Shown here one piece after another: positions 39,961-50,121 of a DNA stretch of 64,000 bases (positions within the stretch are counted from its first letter, which is position 1; each line of letters begins with the position of its first letter). The notes beneath the pieces are model-generated. The model was not told where the DNA came from. It saw only the letters and a list, made by a program, of their open reading frames with translations, and ran no database searches. The stretch comes from Candidatus Coprovivens sp. (GTDB lineage Bacteria > Bacillota_I > Bacilli_A > RF39 > UBA660). The translations under genes were made by a program, and so were the position numbers. Location: positions 68,838-132,837 of the forward strand of contig JBJFGS010000031.1 in assembly GCA_051892935.1 (NCBI GenBank), written 5' to 3'.

Positions 39961-40497
39961 TTATGAAAGAATATACTCTTTTATTATAGTAATGTATCCT
40001 TTTAATGATTTAAACCAATTATCTTTATTTATTAAAGGATTTTTAGTTCCAAATATTGATAGTTTATTATTACAATTATTACAACATTTTAAAAATAAAA
40101 TTTTACATCTTTTAATATGATAATCGGATGAGATTAGAAGAATTTTTAATTTTTTAAAATTTGTTTTCTTCTTTAGTAATTCGATTGAATATTTAATATT
40201 TTTTTTTGTACTTTTAGAAGTATCTTCTATGAGGATATCTTTTTTAGAAATATTATTATTTAATAAATATTGTTTCATTAGTTCAGCTTCTTTTGGATTT
40301 TTTCTCTTTTTAAAATATCCTATACCTCCTGATACTAATATTTTTTTTATTTGTTTATTATTATATAATTCAATGGCTTTATCAACTCGATATGGTATCA
40401 TGTCTGGTCCCCCAAATATAATTGCTATATCATAATTTGTTAATCTATCATTTTCAATAAAAACCTTTTTTTCAAGTATGTTAATAAATTTTTTCAT
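39961..40497 (-). CDS. YdcF/DUF218 (SanA-like) family protein
   Basis: IIFGG, RVDKAIELY, VSGG, EAELMK, EDTSKST, SSDYHIKR. Confidence 0.85.
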   Translation of the reverse strand: MKKFINILEKKVFIENDRLTNYDIAIIFGGPDMIPYRVDKAIELYNNKQIKKILVSGGIGYFKKRKNPKEAELMKQYLLNNNISKKDILIEDTSKSTKKNIKYSIELLKKKTNFKKLKILLISSDYHIKRCKILFLKCCNNCNNKLSIFGTKNPLINKDNWFKSLKGYITIIKEYILS

Positions 40498-40528
40498 ATT
40501 ATACCTCGATGGAAATTGTAAGATAAAA

Positions 40529-40915
40529 TTATTTTCTTGTCAAATGAGAACTTTTTTTTATTTCACATATTTCTTTTTCTAATGCTTTAATCATTTTTTT
40601 TAGCATTGCAATTGTTTCGTCATATTCTGAATGATTATTATTTGATGATCTATTGTAATTATTATTAGTATTATTATTTTGATTTGATGCAAATGTGTAA
40701 GCATTATTTTTTCCTGTTTCTGTTGAATTAGTTGGTTCTAGGCCTCGTTCTTGCATAACAGCACGATAAAAAGCATTAGTAGATAATACTTGAGCTACTA
40801 ACATAAGCCAGTTTCCTAAGGCATTTTGCTCATTGGCTGTTGTATCATCAATAAGAAGATACCCAATTGCAACAGCACTAATAGAAAATAATTTTGGTGG
40901 AATATTTGGTAGCAT
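40529..40915 (-). CDS. hypothetical small protein (DUF6774-like N-terminus)
   Basis: AIGYLLIDD..ANEQNALGNWLMLVAQVL; AGAAGG RBS. Confidence 0.6.
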   Translation of the reverse strand: MLPNIPPKLFSISAVAIGYLLIDDTTANEQNALGNWLMLVAQVLSTNAFYRAVMQERGLEPTNSTETGKNNAYTFASNQNNNTNNNYNRSSNNNHSEYDETIAMLKKMIKALEKEICEIKKSSHLTRK

Positions 40916-41208
40916 AAAATTCCTTCTTTTTAAATTATATGATTTTAAATGGTTATCTATTTTTATTTTAGCTTTTTTTGTTATTAATTTGGGAATAGAA
41001 TTATAAAACTTAATTATTCTTTGGTTACATTTTTAATCAATATTTTCTTTATATAAATTTCCGGTTTTAAAAATGATTATTTAAGATTTATTTTTAGAAA
41101 GAAAATGTAATATGTAATAACAACATAATAGATTGATTTAGGAGATAATAATAATATATAAAAAATAATCTAACTATGATAAAATTAAATATAATAGGAG
41201 GTTATAAT

Positions 41209-41757
41209 ATGGGGAAGTATGTTGTTATAGTAATTATTCTTTTAATTATTATTTATGTTTTAGTTATATATAATAGTTTTGTAAAATTAAATAATAAAGT
41301 AAAGGAAGCTTTTTCGACTATGGATGTTTATCTTAAGAAAAGATGGGACTTGATTCCTAATATTGTAGATGTAGTAAAAGGATATGCTAAGTATGAAAAA
41401 GATACTTTAAAAGATATTGTAGAAAAAAGAAATGGTATTTATGATAATATGTCTGATTACGAGAAGATAAAAACTAATGAACAATTATCTAATGAAATTA
41501 GTAGAATAATTGGATTAGTAGAAGCTTATCCTAATTTAAAGGCAAATGATAATTTTAAAGAATTAAGTGCTCAATTAACAAAAGTGGAAGATGATATTGC
41601 TAATTCTAGAAAGTATTATAATGGTGTTGTTAAAATATACAATAATAAGGTTGAAATGTTCCCAAATAATATTTTTGCCAAATTGTTTGGTTATAAATCG
41701 AAGTTAATGTTTGAAATGACTGCAAATGAAAGAGAAAATGTAAATGTTAAAATGTAA
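41209..41757 (+). CDS. lemA: LemA family protein
   Basis: YNSFVKL, DVYLKKRWDLIPN, EAYPNLKAN, RKYYNG, FPNNIFA. Confidence 0.93.
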   Translation: MGKYVVIVIILLIIIYVLVIYNSFVKLNNKVKEAFSTMDVYLKKRWDLIPNIVDVVKGYAKYEKDTLKDIVEKRNGIYDNMSDYEKIKTNEQLSNEISRIIGLVEAYPNLKANDNFKELSAQLTKVEDDIANSRKYYNGVVKIYNNKVEMFPNNIFAKLFGYKSKLMFEMTANERENVNVKM

Positions 41758-41770
41758 TTATGGAGGAATA

Positions 41771-44269
41771 ATGAAAAGAATTATTAAAAGTATTCCTTTT
41801 TGGATTATAATTGTACTATTTCTAGTATTTTGTTATCCATTAAGAATTTATGCTATAACGGAGCAAACTGATTTTATTAATATTAATAATACTGAAAGTT
41901 TAGAAATTGGTAGTTTGTCATTTACTGATATTATATTTAAAGACTATTCTAATACTTCTACTAAAGCATTTGGATTAACTGGTGAAGTTACTAATAGTTC
42001 TAATGATACAATAAATTATACTTCAAAAGTTTATTATTATGATTCGAAATCTAATTTAATAGCTCAAGGATCTAATTTAGGAACTGCTATATCGGGAATA
42101 AGTGACTTTAATCAAATGTCTAATTTAAGTATTTTGGGTAATCATAGTATTGAAGAAATATCTTATTATCGTTTATTTATAGAAATATCTGATTATGTTT
42201 CATCTGGAAGTGATTTGCAAAATTTAACACCTAGTAAAAACTCTAAGTATGATTCTTATGGTTATGTTATTGATAGATATAATATTAGTATAATAGTTAA
42301 TGAAAACAATACTTTTGAAATAACTGAAACAATTACTGCAAATTTTAGAGAATCTAAGCATGGAATAATAAGAACAATCCCATTAAAAAATAAAATTACT
42401 AGATTAGATGGTACATCATCAACTAATTATACACAAGTAACAAATATTAGTGTGAATGACAAATATACTAAATCGAAAGATAATGATTATTTAATTTTAA
42501 AAATTGGATCTCCGTATTATACTTTAAAAGGGGAAAAAACTTATATTATTAAATATACATATAATCTTGGAAAAGATCCTGTGAATGATTATGATGAATT
42601 ATATTTCAATATAATTGGAAATGAGTGGGATACTGTTATTGGAAATGTAACTTTTTCGATAACAATGCCTAAAGAATTTGATTCAAGTAAGTTAGGCTTT
42701 TCATATGGTTTAAAGGGGTCTACTAATAACGATAAAGTAAGTTATAATGTTAGTGGCAATACAATAATTGGAAATTATAACGGAATTCTAAGCGCAAAAG
42801 AGGCCTTAACCGTTAGATGTGAATTACCTGAAGGATATTTTGTAGGCGCACGACTTAGTATTATGAATTATATTGAATTTTTAATTCCATTTGTTTTTTT
42901 GGTAATATCGATTATATTTTGGTTTATATTTGGTCGTGAAGAAAGAGTTATTGAAACTGTTGAATTTTATCCTCCTGAAGGGTTGAATAGTTTAGATGTT
43001 GGTTTTTTATATAAAGGAAATGCAAATAATAAAGATGTAGTATCTTTATTAATATATTTAGCAAATAAGGGGTACTTAGAAATTATTAATTCTAATGTAG
43101 ATTTAAAATCTGAAAAGGTTAGTTTGAGTAAAGAGTCAAGAGACAATGCTGATAAGAAAATAATTGAATTACAAAACAAAATAAATGAAGAAATAAAGAT
43201 AAATCCAAATTCACCAAAAATTAAGTATTATAGAAATATGTTGGATATTTATGAAAATATTGATACTCCAATTGATTATGAACAATATGGTTTAGATTCT
43301 TCAATTAATGAATTAAACGAAGAAAAAAAGTTTGTAATAAGAAAATTGAAAGAATATGATGGTACTAATATTTATGAACAATGGTTTATGGAAGGATTAT
43401 TTGAATATGGTAGAACTGAAGTTACTAGTAGTATGCTTCAAGATGATTTTTATAAAACCTCTTCTAGGATTTTAGATAGTATTAATAATGAACAAAATAT
43501 AAATAGAGTATATAAAGATCCTCCATATATTATTCAATTATTAATTATTATTATGATTCTTATTTCATATTGTTTAATTACTGCTTTACCTCTTATTTAT
43601 TGTGAACAATCTAGTTTTATATCTTTTGCATTAGTTTTCTCAGCTATAGGTTTTTATATTTTATTTAATTCTTTATTTGCGAAAGCACGAATTTTTGAAA
43701 AGATACCGGGGATTTTTGTAGGATCAGTATTTGCTTTATTTACATGGAATTTTTTTGTATTTCCATCATTGAGTCAAGATATTATGTATTTATATTTTTA
43801 TATTTTAGGAATTATATGTATTATTGGTATGTTAATTTGTATGAAATATCTTCCTAAGAGAGGAAAGTATGGTAATGAAATGTTAGGTAAATTAAAAGGA
43901 TTTAGAAACTTTTTAGTAACAGCTGAAAAGGAAAAATTAGAAGCAATGGTTCAAGAAAATCCAAATTATTTTTATGATATATTACCATATACTTATGTTT
44001 TAGGTGTGTCTAATAAATGGATTAAAAAGTTTGAATCCATATTATTACAATCACCATCTTGGTATAATAGTATTGATGATTTTGACATTTCATCTTTTAA
44101 TGATTTTGTTGATTCTTCTGTTATAAAAGCAACTCATAGTGATATTCATTATGATTATTCTCATGATTCTTTTTTGGATTCTTCCGGTGGGTCATCAGGT
44201 GGAGGTGGATCATCTGGAGGAGGTTTTTCTGGTGGCGGCTCCGGTGGAGGTGGAGGTAGCTCTTGGTAA
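41771..44269 (+). CDS. DUF2207 family membrane protein with Gly/Ser-rich C-terminus
   Basis: KHGIIRTIP, ELYFNIIG.EWDT, VEFYPPEG, LPYTYVLG, GGFSGGGSGGGGGSSW; adjacent to lemA. Confidence 0.88.
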   Translation: MKRIIKSIPFWIIIVLFLVFCYPLRIYAITEQTDFININNTESLEIGSLSFTDIIFKDYSNTSTKAFGLTGEVTNSSNDTINYTSKVYYYDSKSNLIAQGSNLGTAISGISDFNQMSNLSILGNHSIEEISYYRLFIEISDYVSSGSDLQNLTPSKNSKYDSYGYVIDRYNISIIVNENNTFEITETITANFRESKHGIIRTIPLKNKITRLDGTSSTNYTQVTNISVNDKYTKSKDNDYLILKIGSPYYTLKGEKTYIIKYTYNLGKDPVNDYDELYFNIIGNEWDTVIGNVTFSITMPKEFDSSKLGFSYGLKGSTNNDKVSYNVSGNTIIGNYNGILSAKEALTVRCELPEGYFVGARLSIMNYIEFLIPFVFLVISIIFWFIFGREERVIETVEFYPPEGLNSLDVGFLYKGNANNKDVVSLLIYLANKGYLEIINSNVDLKSEKVSLSKESRDNADKKIIELQNKINEEIKINPNSPKIKYYRNMLDIYENIDTPIDYEQYGLDSSINELNEEKKFVIRKLKEYDGTNIYEQWFMEGLFEYGRTEVTSSMLQDDFYKTSSRILDSINNEQNINRVYKDPPYIIQLLIIIMILISYCLITALPLIYCEQSSFISFALVFSAIGFYILFNSLFAKARIFEKIPGIFVGSVFALFTWNFFVFPSLSQDIMYLYFYILGIICIIGMLICMKYLPKRGKYGNEMLGKLKGFRNFLVTAEKEKLEAMVQENPNYFYDILPYTYVLGVSNKWIKKFESILLQSPSWYNSIDDFDISSFNDFVDSSVIKATHSDIHYDYSHDSFLDSSGGSSGGGGSSGGGFSGGGSGGGGGSSW

Positions 44270-44420
44270 TGTAATAGTTTGAAATGTATTTTTAGTGGTT
44301 AAAATGAAACAATTAGTATTAGCTATAGTAAAAAACAATGAATAATTAAGTTTCATTGTTTTTTTCTAAATCATTATGAATTTTAGTTTTTATTAATAGA
44401 ATATTTATTTAATATAAAAT

Positions 44421-44448
44421 AAAACTTACGAACTATTAAGTCCGTAAG
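44421..44448 (-). terminator. minus-strand intrinsic terminator, probably the displaced original tRNA-Gly terminator
   Basis: On the minus strand cttacggac-ttaata-gttcgtaag plus tttt, 11 nt after a tRNA-end-like ...CCGCTCCA. Confidence 0.6.
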
Positions 44449-44565
44449 CTGTTTTCAAATGGAGCGGTAACTTTACTTATATTCGAAAAATTATACTCCC
44501 AAAGTTGTTTGATTAAATCAACTAAATAAATTATAAATGAATTATTTTTAAAAATCAATAGTGCT

Positions 44566-45264
44566 TTAAGAATTTAATATCCATTCTATAATTAATTTTT
44601 TGATTTCATAATATTCTTGTTCTTCAAATTGCATATTTGCTATACAAAATCTTTTTGATGCTATATGAGAACAAAACATACACTCATATAAATCAAAGCA
44701 GTCTTGAATAAATAATGAATTAGTTACTTTATTAGAACAAATAACATTATAACTATTACTACAATCTTTAGAGTCGTCACATCTTATACAGAAATTACAA
44801 GTGCCAGATCTTTGAGATGCTAGTAAAAATTCACTATTACCACAAGAGTCACAATAAATCATATTTTTAGAATCACTACAATCGGTACTTCTATAAACAT
44901 TTTCGCATCTATAAATAGTATCACTTTTTGCTACATTAACAGAGTCATAAACTCTTTCGGTTGTAGTTAAGTTAATGGTGTTCCATATATCAATTAATTC
45001 TTGTAGATTGCTTATTTCTTTTTTAGGAAGCATCCAACCTGTCTGTTCATCTTTCTTTTCCATATTTTTATTTGTTATAAATCTACCACTATTGATAGAG
45101 TCTGCCCAAGTTATTTCATTTGTAGTTGAGTCATTTACTTGTTTTGGCAATTTAACATCAAATGCAAACTTTTCTAATAATGTATCTAAAGAATAATTAT
45201 TTTCTCTATCAAAAACACTCTTAAATATTTTATCAACAATTTCTAATGTTTTAGTATCATTCAT
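44566..45264 (-). CDS. Cys-rich repeat (beta-solenoid-like) protein
   Basis: Periodic C/S repeats (CENV..CSDSKN..CDSCGNS..CNFCIRC..CSNS..CFDLYECMFC..FCIANMQF); coupled to the ATPase gene. Confidence 0.75.
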   Translation of the reverse strand: MNDTKTLEIVDKIFKSVFDRENNYSLDTLLEKFAFDVKLPKQVNDSTTNEITWADSINSGRFITNKNMEKKDEQTGWMLPKKEISNLQELIDIWNTINLTTTERVYDSVNVAKSDTIYRCENVYRSTDCSDSKNMIYCDSCGNSEFLLASQRSGTCNFCIRCDDSKDCSNSYNVICSNKVTNSLFIQDCFDLYECMFCSHIASKRFCIANMQFEEQEYYEIKKLIIEWILNS

Positions 45265-45268
45265 TCTT

Positions 45269-47125
45269 TCACACACCTTTCTTGCTTGTTGAATTAGATA
45301 TTAAAATATCTTTTAAACTTACATTACTATTTAAACTAAAATTAGTTTTAGATTTATTTGAGTTATCTTTACTGTTTATATTATTGTTATCATTTGTAAT
45401 TGTTCTTTTAATTCTAGGAATGCTTGTATAATCTAATGTAATACCTTTAAATGCTGGTAATAACACACCATTTGAATCTATTCTAACAATACATTCGCGT
45501 GTTTGAAGTTCAGTTAATAATTTAATCTTTCTATCTCTAGAATCATCTAGAGGTATTTTCATATTAAAGTTATCAACTAAGACATTAGCATCTAACTTTG
45601 ATACTCTAAATATAAAATAGTTTATTACATTGGCAAATATTGAATTTTTTAATTCATCTGATATTTGATTAAAATATTGTCCTGCTAATATTAAAGATAA
45701 ATTATATTTTCTTGCTTCTGATAAGTACCTAGATAAAATAGGATTTTCAACAACGGCAACCTCATCAATAATAAATATTATATGTTCATCTATCTCTCGT
45801 TTTTGAATAATAGTGAGTAACTGTTGCATTATTAATCCTGATATAGTTTTAGTTACTTTATCCCCAAGTTTTGTTCTATCTAATGAAAATAATGTTAAGA
45901 AATTATCGTGTATTGAATTTTTTAAGTTTTCATTATTTTGCTCTGAATTAAATACAGGTATCATTTCCATTTCATCTATAAAACCTATAATTGGAGATAT
46001 AGCTTCGCCATAAGATTTAGTTTTTAAATCGTTAAAATCTGATAAAAAGAAATCTATTACACTAACTGGTAAGTTATATTTTAATTTCTTTATTAAGTCA
46101 TTTCTATATTCTAAATCTAAAATAAGTTTTCTTAAATTTCTAAAATTAAATGATTCATCAGTTAATAATAAATGTATTGAATGTCTTAAAACTCTTTCTA
46201 ATTTTGAGTTATATTGGTCAGCAATTAATGATTTTAATAAATCTAATAATAGTTCTGTAGATGCGACAATATCGTCATTATTATTAATAAATAAGTCAAT
46301 GCTATCTAAATTACTTTTAAAGTCAATTACCTTTCCAATACCACCTATATCCTGCTCAAGTGCGGCATGTGGATCTATCACTACAACTTTATATTTTTGT
46401 TTAAGACTTTCATTTTTATTAATATTATTAATTAATAAACTTATAAATTTAGATTTACCACATCCAGAAGATCCCATTATGATAGAGTGTTTATCAAAAC
46501 TAAAATTATTTTGATTTAGATAGAAATCACCTTGTAAATAAGGAAATGTATCAACAGACAATAAAGCATTATTAGAATCAGTATTTAATAAATGTAATAT
46601 TTTATTTATTTCTAAATATTTAGGAGAACTCTTATAAAAATACCTTTTATTTCCTTCAAAATCTGCTGATAATATACTTGTTGGAATAGCAAATATAACA
46701 TTATATTTTTTTGTTACACCATTTTTATTAAGATAAAATCTTATTTTAGACTTAATCTTATCTTCATATAGTTTCAAAAAACTAATTTCTAGATATTCAA
46801 GAGTTCCTTTATTTCTAATCTCACTATAATTTATTAAGTCAATAATACTACTACCAACTTTAGGTAAAGAAAGCAATGTGTAGTTATGCTTAGGTGCTTT
46901 TATTTCTTTTGTAGGTTTTAATAAAAATGAATTTAAATTATTTATTGTTGCAGGTAAACTACATCTAGTTTTAACAAAATATCTAATTTGATTTCTATCA
47001 TTAGTAATAATTATCTTCCATTTTCTTAAAAAGCCATTATAATTTGATATTGTATTAATTAACTCTAACCATTCTTCCTTTGAAATAAACTTTTTAGTTA
47101 GATATATTTCTGACGTTAACCCCAT
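45269..47125 (-). CDS. DUF87/HerA/VirD4-TraG-like P-loop ATPase
   Basis: HSIIMGSSGCGKS, IDPH, IIDE, SEARKYNLSLILAGQY, IFRVS..DA; no N-terminal TM. Confidence 0.82.
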   Translation of the reverse strand: MGLTSEIYLTKKFISKEEWLELINTISNYNGFLRKWKIIITNDRNQIRYFVKTRCSLPATINNLNSFLLKPTKEIKAPKHNYTLLSLPKVGSSIIDLINYSEIRNKGTLEYLEISFLKLYEDKIKSKIRFYLNKNGVTKKYNVIFAIPTSILSADFEGNKRYFYKSSPKYLEINKILHLLNTDSNNALLSVDTFPYLQGDFYLNQNNFSFDKHSIIMGSSGCGKSKFISLLINNINKNESLKQKYKVVVIDPHAALEQDIGGIGKVIDFKSNLDSIDLFINNNDDIVASTELLLDLLKSLIADQYNSKLERVLRHSIHLLLTDESFNFRNLRKLILDLEYRNDLIKKLKYNLPVSVIDFFLSDFNDLKTKSYGEAISPIIGFIDEMEMIPVFNSEQNNENLKNSIHDNFLTLFSLDRTKLGDKVTKTISGLIMQQLLTIIQKREIDEHIIFIIDEVAVVENPILSRYLSEARKYNLSLILAGQYFNQISDELKNSIFANVINYFIFRVSKLDANVLVDNFNMKIPLDDSRDRKIKLLTELQTRECIVRIDSNGVLLPAFKGITLDYTSIPRIKRTITNDNNNINSKDNSNKSKTNFSLNSNVSLKDILISNSTSKKGV

Positions 47126-47201
47126 AATCCGTCACCTCGTAAAAGAGTATATCAAATGTGCAAAATAAAAAACTGACTTTTTAATAATTAGTTTTGTCAG
47201 T

Positions 47202-47996
47202 TTAATAAATTGCTACTAGAAAATCTGTTATACCATCGTGATAATATTCTAATTCAGGTAATTCTTTTAAATTATATTTAACTGATGGTAAGAATTCTCC
47301 ATAAAATTTATGAGAGATATCTTGTATATCTTTGGCATTCTGTGAATTAATTCTAAATCTAAGCCATTTACTTTTAGGTATTTTAATATGCTCAAATTCT
47401 TCAATTTCTTTATCATACAAACAATAATACTTTTGGCTTTCTTCACGTTCTATATTGTAAGTAATCATTCCATATTTAACTTCGCCATACTTATTTAAAT
47501 ATTTATCTTCAGTTTGTCTAAAAAATAAAGGAGCATCTTTGCCAATTTCATCATTGTTAGTAGTAATACCAACACCATATAAATTCATCTCATCTAGATT
47601 TATTATTTCATAATCTAATTCAGTAGTAAGGTTAATATCTTCATTAAAAACTATTCTAGGGAAATTTTTTAACTTTATTTCTTTATTTACTAGACTAGGT
47701 TTAATACCATGAAATTTTTCAAATGCTCTTGAAAACGATGTAGCATTATCATATTGGTATTTCACAGCAACATCTATTACTTTTAAATTGTCTTCATATA
47801 AATCATATCCTGCACTAGATAATCTTCTTTTTCTAATATATTCAGATAAAGAAATACCTGCTATCATAGTAAATAATCTTTGCATTGTATATACATTAAC
47901 ACTTAGCATTTTTGCTAGAACTTCATAACTGATTTCTTCTTCCAAATTCTTATCAATATACTCAGTTATTTCATTTAAACTTTTATAAATATTCAA
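47202..47996 (-). CDS. AraC family regulator with GyrI-like effector domain
   Basis: EYIRKRRLS, VIDVAVKYQYDNATSFSRAFEKFHGIKPS; C-terminal KIPKSKWLRF, PELEYY. Confidence 0.9.
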   Translation of the reverse strand: MNIYKSLNEITEYIDKNLEEEISYEVLAKMLSVNVYTMQRLFTMIAGISLSEYIRKRRLSSAGYDLYEDNLKVIDVAVKYQYDNATSFSRAFEKFHGIKPSLVNKEIKLKNFPRIVFNEDINLTTELDYEIINLDEMNLYGVGITTNNDEIGKDAPLFFRQTEDKYLNKYGEVKYGMITYNIEREESQKYYCLYDKEIEEFEHIKIPKSKWLRFRINSQNAKDIQDISHKFYGEFLPSVKYNLKELPELEYYHDGITDFLVAIY

Positions 47997-48160
47997 AGTA
48001 CATCACCTATATAATATTTTACCATAAAATTGGTTAATATTATAATTCAATAATTAAAATATTGTTTATATTAATTACCAGTTATAGATTTTTTTGTCGA
48101 ATTATTGTATAATTATCTTTAATAAATACACTTTTAGAAAATAGAAGGGAGGATAATTAT

Positions 48161-50107
48161 ATGAATAATGACTCAGCATTAATAAGTACATCAATATTAA
48201 CTGCAATTTGGGATGAAACACATAAAGACAATATTGAACTTATTACACCATTTATCAAATATATTATTTATAAGAATTATAAAATAAATGAACAAACTGA
48301 TAGAGAACAAATCATTGAAGAATTAAAAAATGAGTTTTCTTTTAATAATTTTCCTCATGCTATTTTAGAAGTTATTCTAAAAAGAATGACTAGAAAACAT
48401 ATTTTGATGCGTGATAATAATGAATTTATTTTAAAAAAAGACTTAAAAGATGATTATAATCTATTTTCAAATAGATTGGGACAAGCAAAGCAAAATATGT
48501 CAACCGTTATCGATTCTATATATAATCACTTAAAAGATGAAATACAAGGAATAACAAAAGAGGAAACAAAGAATGCTTTATCTAACTTTATAGATAGTTA
48601 TGGATACAATACATATAATAATATTTTATCAATAAAAGCAATAAATCCTAAATCGGATTATATAAATTACTGCATTGGTGAATATATTTATAAGATATCT
48701 AAAGATAACGTTGAATTATTTAATGAAATATTGAAAATATTTGAAGGGTATATGATTGCTAATGTAATATATATGCAAATAGAAAACGATAATAATTCAA
48801 CATTAAAAAACTTAAATTGTTATTTAGATGCACCATTTATATTAAGGGTTTTGGGATACAAAACTAAAGAAGAGAATGTTTCAGCCCAAGAATTGTTTAA
48901 TTTATTAAAAAAATACAAAGCAAATATATGTTGTTTTGAACACAATTACCAAGAAGTAATAAATATTATGACCTTTTATAAAAAACATATCGGAACTTTT
49001 CAAGAATCTACATTAGAATATTTTGATTTAAAAGAATATACTGAAACACAAGTAGATATGGCTATCTCAAACTTGGAAAACAGATTTAAGGAATTAGGAA
49101 TAAAAATTGTTAGTACACCTGATTATACAAAAGATAAATATAAAGATGTAATTGATGTTGCTGGTCTTGAAGAAAAGTTAAAAGAATACTATAACAATAA
49201 AGAAATTAGTTATGATAAAGGTAAAGCGATAACTAACGATGTAAATTCTGTATGTGCAATTAATATGTTAAGAAAAGGAAGAAAGTTTTCAAAATTAGAA
49301 AATTGTACACATATTTTTGTAACAACTTTCTATTATTTAAAATATGCTTCAAAACAAGTTATGAAAGAAATTGATGATTTAGAAATAGGATTGGTAATTG
49401 ACGATTTAGATTTAACAACTTTTCTTTGGTTTAAAGATTTTTCTAAAAATAATGAATTACCAAAATTAAGATTGATTGAAAATGCACTTGCTGCAACTGA
49501 TCCAAACCCAAAAATACTGGAAAAAGCTAATAAATATTTAGAGGATATAAAAAGAGATAAATTAATTAGTGATATTGATGGGGTAAGCCAGTTATTATCT
49601 AAAAATTATCTAAAATATTGTAGTGATTATATTAAAATGGTTGAGAATAATCCTGATAATGTAACGAAAGAAAATTTTGGAAACTACATAAAAAGCAAAG
49701 ATGATGAATTGAGAAAAACAAAAAATGAACTAATAGATACCAAAGAAAGAAGCATAAAAAAGGATATAAAAATTGAATCAATGAAAAAGAATATTATTGA
49801 CAACGCAGATATGGAAATAAATAAAAAAGTTAATAAATTTAATAATATTTCTAATGTCATATATTATACCTTAATGGTGGGTATTATAATTAGTTGTCTT
49901 ATAATATCAATAATTTCTTTTATAAATGATAATATTAATTTTTATTCTGTATTTTCTCTAATCTTTAGTCTAATAGGAGTTTTAGATACATTAATTCCAA
50001 AAGCCAAATTTTCACATAGATTAGTTGAATTTATATGCAAAAAATATAAAATAAAAATAACAAAAGAAGAAAATGAAAAAGCTAATAAATTGATTGGTGA
50101 AATATAA
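48161..50107 (+). CDS. hypothetical protein with PIN-like domain and C-terminal 2-TM hairpin (possible defence protein)
   Basis: CYLDAPFILRVLG, HNYQEV, TNDV, IFVTT acidic pattern; coiled coil; two TMs; A-rich codon usage. Confidence 0.6.
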   Translation: MNNDSALISTSILTAIWDETHKDNIELITPFIKYIIYKNYKINEQTDREQIIEELKNEFSFNNFPHAILEVILKRMTRKHILMRDNNEFILKKDLKDDYNLFSNRLGQAKQNMSTVIDSIYNHLKDEIQGITKEETKNALSNFIDSYGYNTYNNILSIKAINPKSDYINYCIGEYIYKISKDNVELFNEILKIFEGYMIANVIYMQIENDNNSTLKNLNCYLDAPFILRVLGYKTKEENVSAQELFNLLKKYKANICCFEHNYQEVINIMTFYKKHIGTFQESTLEYFDLKEYTETQVDMAISNLENRFKELGIKIVSTPDYTKDKYKDVIDVAGLEEKLKEYYNNKEISYDKGKAITNDVNSVCAINMLRKGRKFSKLENCTHIFVTTFYYLKYASKQVMKEIDDLEIGLVIDDLDLTTFLWFKDFSKNNELPKLRLIENALAATDPNPKILEKANKYLEDIKRDKLISDIDGVSQLLSKNYLKYCSDYIKMVENNPDNVTKENFGNYIKSKDDELRKTKNELIDTKERSIKKDIKIESMKKNIIDNADMEINKKVNKFNNISNVIYYTLMVGIIISCLIISIISFINDNINFYSVFSLIFSLIGVLDTLIPKAKFSHRLVEFICKKYKIKITKEENEKANKLIGEI

Positions 50108-50121
50108 AAAGACAATCTATG

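Noticed and set aside
44180-44269. GC-rich GGT/GGA repeat as a repeat element or ncRNA
   Set aside because: It encodes the normal Gly/Ser tail of DUF2207 proteins.
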